A stretch of DNA of 63,795 nt, filler included, from Octopus bimaculoides (Eukaryota): the NCBI RefSeq assembly GCF_001194135.2. It is 8 parts of 8 records of this genome, joined end to end, with 100 filler letters (N's around TTAATTAATTAA, not from the genome) between each part and the next. Parts side by side here need not be neighbours in the genome. Positions count along the whole stretch, not along the records: positions 1 to 28,946 come from NC_068998.1; positions 29,047 to 40,671 come from NC_068993.1; 6 more parts are not named here. One strand, 5' to 3'. The notes below the pieces were generated by a model, which worked only from the letters and a program-made list of their open reading frames with translations, was not told the DNA's origin and did no database searches. Both the position numbers and the translations under genes were made by a program. Within the stretch, counting starts at the first letter, position 1, and each line of letters starts with the position of its first letter. Shown in pieces: positions 25,345 through 37,959 of this stretch.

Positions 25345-26260
25345 AGCCAGATACGGAAGGGAGATGAGATTTTCCTAAGATCAGCAAATGCATGCTGCAG
25401 TACGTCGAATGGAGTCTCAAGAGAGAAGGGAGATGAGACTTTCCCAAAATCAGCAAAGACATGCTGCAGCTCGTCAGATAGAGTCTCAATACGGAAGGGA
25501 GATGAGATTTTCCTAAGATCAGCAAATGGTGTCTCAAGACAAGCGAGATGACACTTTCTCAAGATCAGTAAACGCGTGCTGTAGTACGTCGGAGTTTCAA
25601 TACAGAAGGGAGACGAGACTTTCCCAAAATTTCCAAATCAAACTAATGGCATGCGCTGCTCAGGCGGTGAGGTAAGATTACCAACACTACCAGCTCCTCC
25701 TCAACCTCTTATAGATCTTCTGAAAGGTACTTCCATCCAGTCAAAGGATTTTCTGAACAATATCAGACAATATAATTCTGCATTGCAAATGACATCGTTT
25801 GGTGCATCTAAGGAGATAGTTGAACATGAATTTACGCCAACGCTCAAAGTTCAAGGGCAAATCTATCACCTCATTGCTTCTCGGTTATCCACAAATGAAC
25901 AACTACACTGCCTCCAAATTTACTTCGTGAGTGATGTAGGACAACAAACCCGAACGAGGTGTCAAAATTTCAGATGATGAATCGTATTAGACGCAGAGCC
26001 GACTGTCGCAAAGGAGAGTATATCCACTGACAGCTTTTCGGTGCGTTCAAAATGCACATATCCCCACCCCAAATTTCCATGACACGTTAGGGCCTGAAAT
26101 ACTCCAAACAGAGGCATGACAAGTTGCTTAGTCGAATTAGCCACAAATGTTTTGTCGTCAATGCTGCACTTTGCCGTATCACTTGTTTCAACATAACTGT
26201 AATATATATATACCCAAACTATGCCATTTTAATCCCGAGCAACGCCAGGAATCTCTGCTA

Positions 26261-26261
<1 letters not shown>
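25345..26261 (+). mobile_element. internally deleted Helitron (N-terminal repeats, Rep N-terminal fragment, 3' terminus); 5' end not located
   Basis: ORF 25651-25977 (CSGGEVRLP..PP..L..LL.G..SKDFLNNIRQYNSALQMTSFG..PTLKVQGQIYH..LQIYF) is typical Helitron Rep/helicase N-terminal sequence. 66-bp repeats upstream. 3' hairpin cccgagcaacgccagg, then CTAG (26258-26261) followed by T. Confidence 0.85.
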
Positions 26262-26358
<97 letters not shown>

Positions 26359-26536
26359 ATGACGGCTTCTTTCAGCTTTCGTCTCCAAAATTTACTCACA
26401 AAACTTCGGTCTGCCCGAGGCTATAGTAGAAGATTGTTCCCCATGATGCTATGCAGTGGCATAAACCCCGCTGAAATAACAGTATCTATAACGAGTATAT
26501 CAGAGACCGGTGGATAAAAAAAACAGAAACAGAGAT

Positions 26537-26680
26537 TGGTTTGGAACTAAGACGAAACCAAACTGCAAACGCAACCGACCTGACATTGTTATTTGGGATT
26601 ACAGAATATAAACAACCTTTGTTATGGAGGTCAGCGACTGTCTTGACATCAATCAAGAAATTTAGAAGAATGAAAATACA
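26537..26680 (+). mobile_element. Dong/R4-type (restriction-like endonuclease) LINE fragment
   Basis: WFGTKTKPNCKRNRPDIVIWDYRI*TTFVMEVSDCLDINQEI*KNE resembles the NRPDIV..IIEVS PD-(D/E)xK-type domain; in-frame stops. Confidence 0.7.
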
Positions 26681-26799
26681 TTGATGGATTATTGAGGAGG
26701 GGGAGGGGCCGAAGTTCCGGATCCGGAAATATTCAATATGTAGTTGTAGATTTATGTTCCATCATCACCACTACAATTACTACTACGATATTACCAATT

Positions 26800-26848
<49 letters not shown>

Positions 26849-26979
26849 CTCCACAATTATCTCCAACAACACGAAATGCTCCACCACTCGTATCAACTCC
26901 AATACCACATACAAAACACCACTAATTGCATCAACCACGATTAACAACACAAACACCACCACCACCATCTACTTCACCG

Positions 26980-27028
<49 letters not shown>

Positions 27029-28466
27029 TATCATCATCATCATCACTACAGAAAGCAACAAGCCTGTCACTCGCACCATCTGCTATACCACCAATACCAC
27101 ACAACCATCACCATCTTTCTCACCACCATTACTACCACTACCACCAATACCAGCCCTACCATACACCGCCACCGCCACCACCACTACCACCACTACCAAT
27201 ACCACCACTACCACCTCACTATTAAGTGATCCTTCACCAATGTCAACATTGTTACAATGACAAAATGTGTGGAATGTTAAACGGGTTGGGTGGTGGTGGT
27301 AGCGGGGGGCGGGTTATGGTGGTGGTGATGGTAACGGCGGCTGGGTGGGGGCAGTGGTGGCGGCGGCGGTGGTGGTGGTGGTGCTGCTGCTGTTGACATA
27401 CATAAGGAAGACTAACAAACAGAAAATGGTTATTTGNNNNNNNNNNNNNNNNNNNNNNNNNNNNNNNNNNNNNNNNNNNNNNNNNNNNNNNNNNNNNNNN
27501 NNNNNNNNNNNNNNNNNNNNNNNNNNNNNNNNNNNNNNNNNNNNNNNNNNNNNNNNNNNNNNNNNNNNNNNNNNNNNNNNNNNNNNNNNNNNNNNNNNNN
27601 NNNNNNNNNNNNNNNNNNNNNNNNNNNNNNNNNNNNNNNNNNNNNNNNNNNNNNNNNNNNNNNNNNNNNNNNNNNNNNNNNNNNNNNNNNNNNNNNNNNN
27701 NNNNNNNNNNNNNNNNNNNNNNNNNNNNNNNNNNNNNNNNNNNNNNNNNNNNNNNNNNNNNNNNNNNNNNNNNNNNNNNNNNNNNNNNNNNNNNNNNNNN
27801 NNNNNNNNNNNNNNNNNNNNNNNNNNNNNNNNNNNNNNNNNNNNNNNNNNNNNNNNNNNNNNNNNNNNNNNNNNNNNNNNNNNNNNNNNNNNNNNNNNNN
27901 NNNNNNNNNNNNNNNNNNNNNNNNNNNNNNNNNNNNNNNNNNNNNNNNNNNNNNNNNNNNNNNNNNNNNNNNNNNNNNNNNNNNNNNNNNNNNNNNNNNN
28001 NNNNNNNNNNNNNNNNNNNNNNNNNNNNNNNNNNNNNNNNNNNNNNNNNNNNNNNNNNNNNNNNNNNNNNNNNNNNNNNNNNNNNNNNNNNNNNNNNNNN
28101 NNNNNNNNNNNNNNNNNNNNNNNNTGGTGATGATAGTGATTGGTGGTGTTGGTGGTGGTGGTGGTAGTGGTGGTGGTGGTGGTGGTGGTGGTGGTGGTGA
28201 TGATAGTGATTGGTGGTGTTGGTGGTGGTGGTGGTAGTGGTGGTGGTGGTGGTAATGATGCTGGTGGAAACCGGTTTTTGCAGTTATCTCACCACGTTTA
28301 CATCTTTTGCCAGTACACATCGGCATCAGATATATATAGAGAGAGACATACATTCATATACATACATACAATCATACATACATAATATATACATACATAC
28401 ATATACAGACTCATATATGTACGCCTATTTATATGAGTATGTGTGTATATATGTATGTATATAATA

Positions 28467-28797
28467 ATATAAATATATGCATATATACATATATATATGT
28501 ACATACCTACATATGTATATATACGTGCATATATGGGTACAGGACATAAAAAACGTGGACATAATGTGTAGATAAAACAGGGGACAACTGATGAAGGGAA
28601 TGTTCTTTATGTTGCTTGTCTCGTTTCTCTGTTTTTATCGTTCGAAAAAAGTTCGTTTTCTATGATTTTGTTTTTCATGTTCTCGTGTTTCATTCCCTCC
28701 ACGTTTTTTTTTATGTCCTGTACCCATATATGCATCTATATATACATATATATGTAGGTATGTACATATATGTATGGATATATGCATATATTTATAT
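28467..28797. mobile_element. foldback element with ~95-100 bp inverted arms; partial copies at ~24128-24305 and ~53850-54075
   Basis: 28467-28559 is the near reverse complement of 28698-28797 (..tacctacat..gcatatatgggtacaggacataaaaaacgtgga); the spacer contains caactgatgaagggaa. Confidence 0.8.
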
Positions 28798-28990
28798 ATC
28801 TTTTATATTATTATATGATCGAACGCCACGCATCCTTTTCCAAGTAAGTTTTATATGTATATATATATATATATATTTGTATGTATGAATTTATGCATTT
28901 TGTCGCTTTAATAATTAGATGTTTATAAGTTAAACACCGAATAACTNNNNNNNNNNNNNNNNNNNNNNNNNNNNNNNNNNNNNNNNNNNN

Positions 28991-29002
28991 TTAATTAATT
29001 AA
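28991..29002. other. assembly spacer TTAATTAATTAA centred in a 100-base gap (also at 40716, 48596, 53711, 56585, 59920, 62651)
   Basis: Seven occurrences of 44 N + TTAATTAATTAA + 44 N; the 12-mer has stop codons in all six frames. Confidence 0.95.
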
Positions 29003-29046
29003 NNNNNNNNNNNNNNNNNNNNNNNNNNNNNNNNNNNNNNNNNNNN

Positions 29047-29091
<45 letters not shown>

Positions 29092-29115
29092 ATATATATG
29101 TGTGTATATATATGT

Positions 29116-29147
<32 letters not shown>

Positions 29148-29220
29148 ATAAATATATTTCACACACATATTTATATCTATATATATATTCTTAAACCCAT
29201 ATTTATCCATATATATATTA

Positions 29221-29270
<50 letters not shown>

Positions 29271-29273
29271 GTT

Positions 29274-29311
<38 letters not shown>

Positions 29312-29855
29312 CACAAACACCTATACACACATACTCACAAATATATATATATATATATATGTATGTATACGCACAAGTACACAGACGCGTATTATACATA
29401 CGCACACGTGTGCGCAAAGTATTAATGTGTTAGTGCATATTATGCTCAGGTAAGGTGTGCCGCTATATATATGTGTGTATGTGCCCGTCCCGGTGTAGAG
29501 TGGTTAGCCAGGTAAGCAGAGGTAAGTGGTGGTGGTGGTGGCGGCAGAGGTGGTTGCGGTGGTGGTGGTTAACAGGTGAAGAGCATTTTGCCTTTTCTGA
29601 TCAAACCCATTAAAGGAATCTCCATTGTATCATTGTTGTTGTGTCTTTTCCCACCCCACCCACCAATGCCCCCCACCAGACATTTATTGTTTCTTGTAGT
29701 TGTTGTTTATGATATTGTTAGTCTGCTACATGCTCACACGCACACGCGCGCGTGCACATTTGTACACACTGCTTACTATCACCACCAACAACCTCCCTAT
29801 AAATACAATGAACATATAAACTTCTTATTGTCACCTAACAAGAAAATAGCTAATG

Positions 29856-29899
<44 letters not shown>

Positions 29900-30549
29900 N
29901 NNNNNNNNNNNNNNNNNNNNNNNNNNNNNNNNNNNNNNNNNNNNNNNNNNNNNNNNNNNNNNNNNNNNNNNNNNNNNNNNNNNNNNNNNNNNNNNNNNNN
30001 NNNNNNNNNNNNNNNNNNNNNNNNNNNNNNNNNNNNNNNNNNNNNNNNNNNNNNNNNNNNNNNNNNNNNNNNNNNNNNNNNNNNNNNNNNNNNNNNNNNN
30101 NNNNNNNNNNNNNNNNNNNNNNNNNNNNNNNNNNNNNNNNNNNNNNNNNNNNNNNNNNNNNNNNNNNNNNNNNNNNNNNNNNNNNNNNNNNNNNNNNNNN
30201 NNNNNNNNNNNNNNNNNNNNNNNNNNNNNNNNNNNNNNNNNNNNNNNNNNNNNNNNNNNNNNNNNNNNNNNNNNNNNNNNNNNNNNNNNNNNNNNNNNNN
30301 NNNNNNNNNNNNNNNNNNNNNNNNNNNNNNNNNNNNNNNNNNNNNNNNNNNNNNNNNNNNNNNNNNNNNNNNNNNNNNNNNNNNNNNNNNNNNNNNNNNN
30401 NNNNNNNNNNNNNNNNNNNNNNNNNNNNNNNNNNNNNNNNNNNNNNNNNNNNNNNNNNNNNNNNNNNNNNNNNNNNNNNNNNNNNNNNNNNNNNNNNNNN
30501 NNNNNNNNNNNNNNNNNNNNNNNNNNNNNNNNNNNNNNNNNNNNNNNNN

Positions 30550-30596
<47 letters not shown>

Positions 30597-31420
30597 TTTA
30601 TTCTCTTACATGTTTCAGCCTTGAGGTTGTGGCCATGCTGGGGCATCGCCATTATTCTTAACTAGATCCCTTGTAATTTCTGGAAGAGATTTGAAACCAC
30701 CACCTATGTGTCATATTACTATTTCTCAACATCCGTGCCTACTGGGCCACCGAAGCAATACAAACACACACACACACACACACATTATTCCACCTCCCCC
30801 ATAAAGAACTATGAATGTAATACGAAAGAAAATCTTTAATAAAAAAGATCCAACTTGAACATAGTCGTGCTTTTGAAATAACATGCTGGAAAAAAACAGC
30901 TATATCCATTTTATATGCACGCACACACACATACACATACATGCTTATTATATCAAATATTGACATTCTACTCCGAGTTTCGTTCCAGGTGTGACTGTTT
31001 TATGACTGACGTGAATGGCCCAGGCTAAAGGAAAACTGAAAGTAGACAGTCATTTGTTGTTATAGTAAACAGATCTTTCAACTCCATCCAACGTATTGAA
31101 TTATATATCAGGCAGTGCTTGAAATATGTAACATATTTTAAATATTCTTCCGTGCGTCTTTATACATACATACATACATATATGGTGGTGCACCAGCATG
31201 ACCGCAGCCACTTGGCTGAAACACATAAATAAATAAATATTGTAAAAAGTTTGATGAACACAAGATGTAGTTTATGCTATTTGTTTCTCACGCACGTGTC
31301 GCCATTGTGGCCATTTGCATTCCCTGCAGTGGATGTTCACAGTACAAGTGGATGCTGATCACAACAGATTTTCAGGGAAACGTTTTATTACATTATGGCT
31401 CGACAAAACAAATGCCAATG

Positions 31421-31531
<111 letters not shown>

Positions 31532-32828
31532 ACATACTTACACACATATATACATACATACGTACACACATACACGCACATACGTATACATGTTTTGTTG
31601 AAGAGATTCAATAAGAGTGAAACATAGCCATTACTTTCACAAATTATCTCTCTCATCTTTTTCTCTCGCCTGAAAGATCGCACATAGATAGAAACTCCGA
31701 GCAGGGACGAAGTGAATCGTAAACTTGAAACCAATGTGTGTGTGTGTGTGTGTGTGTGTGTGTTGCTGTAACGGTGCATATGTTTGTGTACATCTGTCTA
31801 TATGTGTATATATATGTTTACGTATATATGGTTATGTGTAGTAATCAATCCAACGTATATGTATACTTGCATAAGTTTTCTTTTAACCCCCGAATGTATC
31901 TGGACGTCACGTGCATACCAACGAGTATAAATGAGTACAAACAGAACAGTACGGTGGAGTGTTACAGACATGCAGAGTTGTAGGGTGAACAAGAAAAAGG
32001 GTTGAATAGGAAATATTGTAACAAAGAAGTAAAATACCTGGTGCACTTGACTTTTGAGCTGTACCGTTACTATCTTCTGTCTGCAAAAAGAGAGAGAATT
32101 ATTATTATTATTATTATTATTGTAAAAAATCACTGATTAACTGAACAATTAATCAAACAATAGATTAGGTAATAGACAAATAAATAATAACGAAGTGAAA
32201 CAGAACCAGTACGGGTGTTTATTATTGGCATAATGACCCTCCTGAGATATAGGACAAAAATGAAAAAAATTATATTACATTAAAATGAATCGTTATGTGT
32301 ATAAACACGCGCGCGCACACACAGAAATACATGCACACACACATATGATGAGTTTTCTGCAATTTCCATCTGTGAAATTTGTCTAGAGAGCATTGGTTGG
32401 ATATGGCAGAAGCCACTTGCTCAAAGTACTGCGCAACGAGACTGAACCCGAAACTACATGGTTGCGGCTGCGAAGCTGAGTGTTCTGAAAACAATGTAAA
32501 TTGAAGTGACGTGGCTTAAAGACAAACCAGGCTGTCCAATCCGAGAATCGATCTCCCGACCCTATGATTTGTCAGCACACACCCAAACCACTTGGCTCTT
32601 TGCCTTCACGTATGAGGGGGTTTATTGGCAGAGTCGCAAGAGCACCAGAAAGATTGCTTTATAGTAATCATCTCGGCTCTTTGTGCTCTGAGTTCAAATC
32701 CCGCCAAGGATACCATTCATATACTTTGCGTCAATAAATTAAGTATCATTTTTCTACTAGGGACATTTCATCTCTTTCTCTAACTTTTTCTTTCGGTCTA
32801 TTTGTTTCTCTATTTCATGAAGAAATCG

Positions 32829-33162
32829 GGAACTTTTGGGTTATCTCACCCCCATTAAAAAATTGAACTATTTCCCCAACTACAAAAAAAATTGCTCAAC
32901 CGTCAATAAAAAAAAAAAAAAAGAAATGAATGATTAAGAAACATGGAAAGTGAGAAGATTAAACATTGTATTGAATCTGATAATATTTTTACAACAAATC
33001 ATACCATTCCTATTGAGGAGGTCAAAAGTCAACAATGTGTTGAAGTATTCAATCCAAAGGATCTAACTCTTTTAGTCTAGTCTCTTGTCGCCACATAAAA
33101 TAGACTTTTTAGTGGGGAGATAATCCAATTTTTTAATGGGGGTGAGATAACCAAAAAGTTCC
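32829..33162. mobile_element. Merlin-like MITE with ~57-bp TIRs and 8-bp TSD
   Basis: TIR GGAACTTTT(G/T)GGTTATCTCACCCCCATTAAAAAATTG at both ends; perfect TSD AGAAATCG at 32821-32828 and 33163-33170; 5'-GG termini. Confidence 0.8.
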
Positions 33163-33603
33163 AGAAATCGGCCGTGGTCAGTCAGACCTGAGGAGCGAAG
33201 GGTTCTCTCAGGTTTAAAAATGCCCAAGACACGCCGTATGTCACAAGGACATTTTTACGCATCCATCAAAAGTTTGAGGTCTGGCCTGAGCTGACTGTAT
33301 TGTGTTGTGTGATAGTACTAACCGGCTTATGTAATAACGACAGTCGACTAACTGAGACACATGTACATTATATATAAAGCATAAAATACAAGTTAGGTTT
33401 CTGTGCTCATTTGTTTCTTATATAGTGTTCGAGTTCAAAAGTGAAATGTGGAACATTTCTGCTATACGCAAAGAGCAAACTATACATGCATGCATTTGCA
33501 AACACACACACATACACAGTATTTATAGGGAAGGACGGAGTGTGTGTATAGCTAGTGATTATGAATATATTTATTTATGGTAGGCAAACACACACACACA
33601 CAC

Positions 33604-33650
<47 letters not shown>

Positions 33651-33705
33651 AATTTACATGCTAGCTACTTGATAAAATCCTATATAGATTCTATCCTTTA
33701 TTATA

Positions 33706-33736
<31 letters not shown>

Positions 33737-33890
33737 NNNNNNNNNNNNNNNNNNNNNNNNNNNNNNNNNNNNNNNNNNNNNNNNNNNNNNNNNNNNNNNN
33801 NNNNNNNNNNNNNNNNNNNNNNNNNNNNNNNNNNNNNNNNNNNNNNNNNNNNNNNNNNNNNNNNNNNNNNNNNNNNNNNNNATACATATA

Positions 33891-33924
<34 letters not shown>

Positions 33925-34714
33925 CATATATATATATATATACATATATATATACATATATATATACATTTGTCTACTCCTTAAACAGAGTTTGACCACC
34001 TCCTGCACCTACACCTTAGCCCTTTCATGGCGTCTGATGTGGCTTTTTAAACCAGACAGTGTTTTGAAAAAACACCCACACAGATTGCACCTCTGATTTG
34101 CACTACCAATACCTGCAAGTAAGTTCTGCTCATTGTGGATCCTAACATACATACATATATATATACATACATACACACACACATATATATATATATAAAT
34201 TCAAATAGTATGAACAAAGAGTAACAAATCGGTTCGCATTTTTAACGTTCTATGCATGAAATATGTCAACACTAAGTTTACTTGTTAAAGTCAGGTTCTT
34301 TATTTTTAAAAGTAAAGTGAATTTGTCACTTACACCCTGGTATTTATGGCTTTTCTTTAATATAAAACATGACTTTTCATTCTTCCGCAGTCAATAAAAT
34401 AAGTATAGGCGGGTGTGGTGTGTTTTTGATCGAGTATATCTCACTGTCGTTAGCAACCGTTGACTGAAATATCTTTTCTTTTATGAAATACACCAACTTT
34501 AGTGAACAATAGCGTCGTAAGGTATAGATTCAAACTATTTGTATTTACGATAGGTGCGTGAGTAGTAAAGAAAGTGACTGCGTAATCCGGGTGGAAACAG
34601 ATAGCTGAGGTTAGTATTGTCAGGAAATACCCGTTTTATTTGTTTTCTCATTGCAGAGATATATGCCAAAGGTGGAACAAGAGGTGAAGCAACCCAAATT
34701 TTTTTGCAGAAGGC

Positions 34715-34905
34715 AGACTCGTTAGCACCGGCATTTCGTCCGTCTTCGCGTTCTGAGTTCAAAATCCACCGAGGTCGACTTTGCCTTTTATCGTTTCGAT
34801 GTCGATATATTAAGTACCAGTTACATGGCTGGAGGTCGATGTAATCAACTATCCCCCTCCCCTAATATCTGAGGCCTTGTGCCTATAGTAGAATGGATTA
34901 TTACA
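34715..34905 (+). mobile_element. SINE family B
   Basis: ggcatttcgtccgtcttcgcgttctgagttcaaaatccaccgaggtcgactttgcc..taagtaccagtt..ggccttgtgcctatagtagaa. Confidence 0.8.
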
Positions 34906-35211
34906 ACTTTGTTTCTTTGTTTCTTTTTTGTTTTGTAATTTCCGCCTAATTTCACCCAGGAGACATAGCTGAAACTACCAAAAAAAAAAAAAAAATTCAA
35001 TAGCATTTCCTCAAGATAGCATGCAGTGGGATCGAAACCCGGACCTCCTAGTTGCGAAGAGAACTTCTTAATCATTCGACCACATTGTGTCTTTACTTTT
35101 TATGTAGACTCACACGTGTATTTATAAACGCGGTGTGTATTATAGAGATGTAATTGTACCAAAGACACTAGACTTATTGGGAGAGAGAGAGAGAGAAATA
35201 AAGAAGAAGAC

Positions 35212-35243
<32 letters not shown>

Positions 35244-35513
35244 GGGGAGAGTAAGGAGAGAAATCTCGATTGCGTTTTATGAAAGGTCGCACATGTCCAT
35301 TATTGACAGCTGGGTTCCATGACGCAGGAGAGTTATTTCCCTTCCATTGTATGGTCCAGAGAGCTTTCATGAGAAGGGAGAGAAGGAGAGAGAGGAGATG
35401 GAAAGGGAAGAACCTACGACGTGTGTGTGTGCGTGCGTGCGTGGTGTGAGTGAGTGAGAGAGGAGGGAGGGAGAGGGGAAAGAGAGAGACAGACAGATAA
35501 TGTGACGTGTCAA

Positions 35514-35551
<38 letters not shown>

Positions 35552-37276
35552 TGAGTGAGAGAAAGACAGACAGATATGATGTGTGTGTTAGTGGGAAGAA
35601 AGAGAGTCAGGTAGACAAGGATACATGACAATGTATGTGTGTTTGTGTGTGTAGAGAAAGAGAGAGAGAGATAGATAGAGAGAGAGAGAGAGAGGGGGGG
35701 GTTTACACGTTGCTCCAAGACGCACCAACAATAGTCACTGTTTGATGCTAAATACCATTCAGGGTGATTTATGGGTGTTTTGGCTGCTATATCTAGCAAC
35801 CACCTAGAGGCTCTCCCACTCACCGGCTCGATGAGTTTCGTGTTTCATAGGAGTTGGTTAAAAACCACATCAACAACCACACACACACACACAAAGGAAG
35901 GACGCACACGTATACACACAAATATACATACATATATTTATATATATGTGTGTATGTGTATGTGTATGCATACAAGCAACACACACACATATATATGTAT
36001 ACGTTCACACACATATTCAAACAAGCAAACATACATACATATACAAGCACACACACACACACACACGCACACACACACACGTCGCCTACACGCGACGAGA
36101 GGAAGAGATGAGCCAAACTTCAAAGGTATCGAGTGGCAGAGTTGATTACAGGTAAGAAGTGGGTTTTAGTGTAACCAGGTAAGATAAAGTGTTGGTGGAG
36201 TATGGGAGGTGAGGGCTGCGATTTGTAAGTAAAGTGTATTACTAACAACTGCAATGACCATCGTGGTAGTGATGGTGGTGGTGGTGGTGGGGGGGTACCA
36301 TATATTTTCCGGGCATACTAGTCAAAATCCACCCCTCCCGGCATCACTACCTCCACGACACAATCTACATCATCATCATCATCAGCAACAGTCGCTGTAA
36401 TCGGAACCACTTTTAACACCATAACAGCCCCCCCACACCTTTGCTCTCCCCATCAAAATACAGTGACTGGGAGTGGCTTTACTAATAATTGACAGCAAGC
36501 AACAGTATCGGAGTTCCCTAGACTCGGGTGGGGGGGGGACCCCTAGACCCGCTCCCGTTCCTACCCCCAACCAACCACCCGGTGTGGTCAACCAAGCCTT
36601 AAGACGCTGGCATTGGCTGTAATATCATTCTCCCTCGTTTGTCAACCATCATTCATCACAAGTTTATATTTGACATGCTCGATCAGGGCCCCACTTGGTG
36701 GAGGTGTGTGGTCGAGTGGTGGGGTATAGCGAGGCAGTGTCGGTGATGGTGGTGGTGGTGGTGGTAGTGAGGTACTTACTCGACATCTTCAGTATCACCT
36801 TTACCACTACCATCACCACATCAACTCTTCTCACAGCCACACCAATCTCACCAGCATGCCTTCACTCCCCGCCGTCTCCACCATTAACCACAACCGCAAA
36901 CACACCACCACTACTACTAGCATTTCATCCTTCATCAATGACCACCGCCACCGCCACCGCCACAATAAAACGTCAGCGATGCTCTCGCCCGTACGAGCGA
37001 ACGAACGAACGACGATGTGATATACATTCAAACCGTGTCACCGCTATATATCGCGTCAAAGTAGGTGTTGAAATGTGGCACCCAAGGTAAAAGGGGGAAA
37101 AAAATAATAAAAATAAAATTTAAAAAAATAGAAATAGAGGGGTAGGGCAGAAGAGCGGTAGGTGGAGGAGAGCAGTAAACAAACAAATGAAAAAATAAAC
37201 AAATATGCCGCCAGTTTTCAGTAACATCCTATGAATGTATGTGGTGGAGAAACACCTTACTAGTTTAGGCAGATAT

Positions 37277-37666
37277 ACTCTTTTACTTGTTTCAGTCATT
37301 TGACTGTGGCCATGCTGGAGCACCGCCTTTAGTCGAGCAAATGGACCCCAAGACTTATTCTTTGTAAGCCTAGTACTTATTCTATCGGTCTCTTTTTGCC
37401 GAATCGCTAAGTTACGGGGACGTTAACACACCAGCATCGGTTGTCAAACGATGGTGGGGGGACAAACACAGACACACAAACACACATACATATATAAATA
37501 CATATACATATATACGACGGGCTTCTTTCAGTTTCCGTCTACCAAATCCACTCACAAGGCTTTGGTCAGCACGAGACTATAGTAGAAGACACTTGCCCAA
37601 GATGCCACGCAGTGGGACTGAACCCGGAATCATGTGGTTGGTAAGCAAGCTACTTACCACACAGCC
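37277..37666 (-). mobile_element. SINE family A, full length, low divergence
   Basis: Minus-strand head ggctgtgtggtaagtagcttgcttaccaaccacatgattccgggttcagtcccactgcgtggcatcttgggcaagtg through tail gactgaaacaagtaaaagag. Confidence 0.9.
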
Positions 37667-37694
37667 AACAACAACAACAACAATAATAATAATA

Positions 37695-37729
<35 letters not shown>

Positions 37730-37959
37730 AATTTCATTTATTTGCCACAAGGGCAAAGCATGAATAATAAAGGAATTTTTTCTTTTTTTTCCCTCGCGCT
37801 TCATTTTGAATCTCTCGAGTTGTCTACACACACGTGCGCACACACGCACACACACACACACACACACACAATTAGTTAAAGCAAGTATCGGCCACCTTTT
37901 TCGAGAAGCGGGTTGCAGTTTTCCTATGAGTGAGTTAGAGCGTCGGACAAAATGCCACT

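Noticed and set aside
26692-27260. Poly-T/I/S/P/H ORFs here and at ~9.0, 21.5, 45.9, 52.7 and 55.7 kb
   Set aside because: Compound trinucleotide microsatellites, open in several frames at once; no coding evidence.
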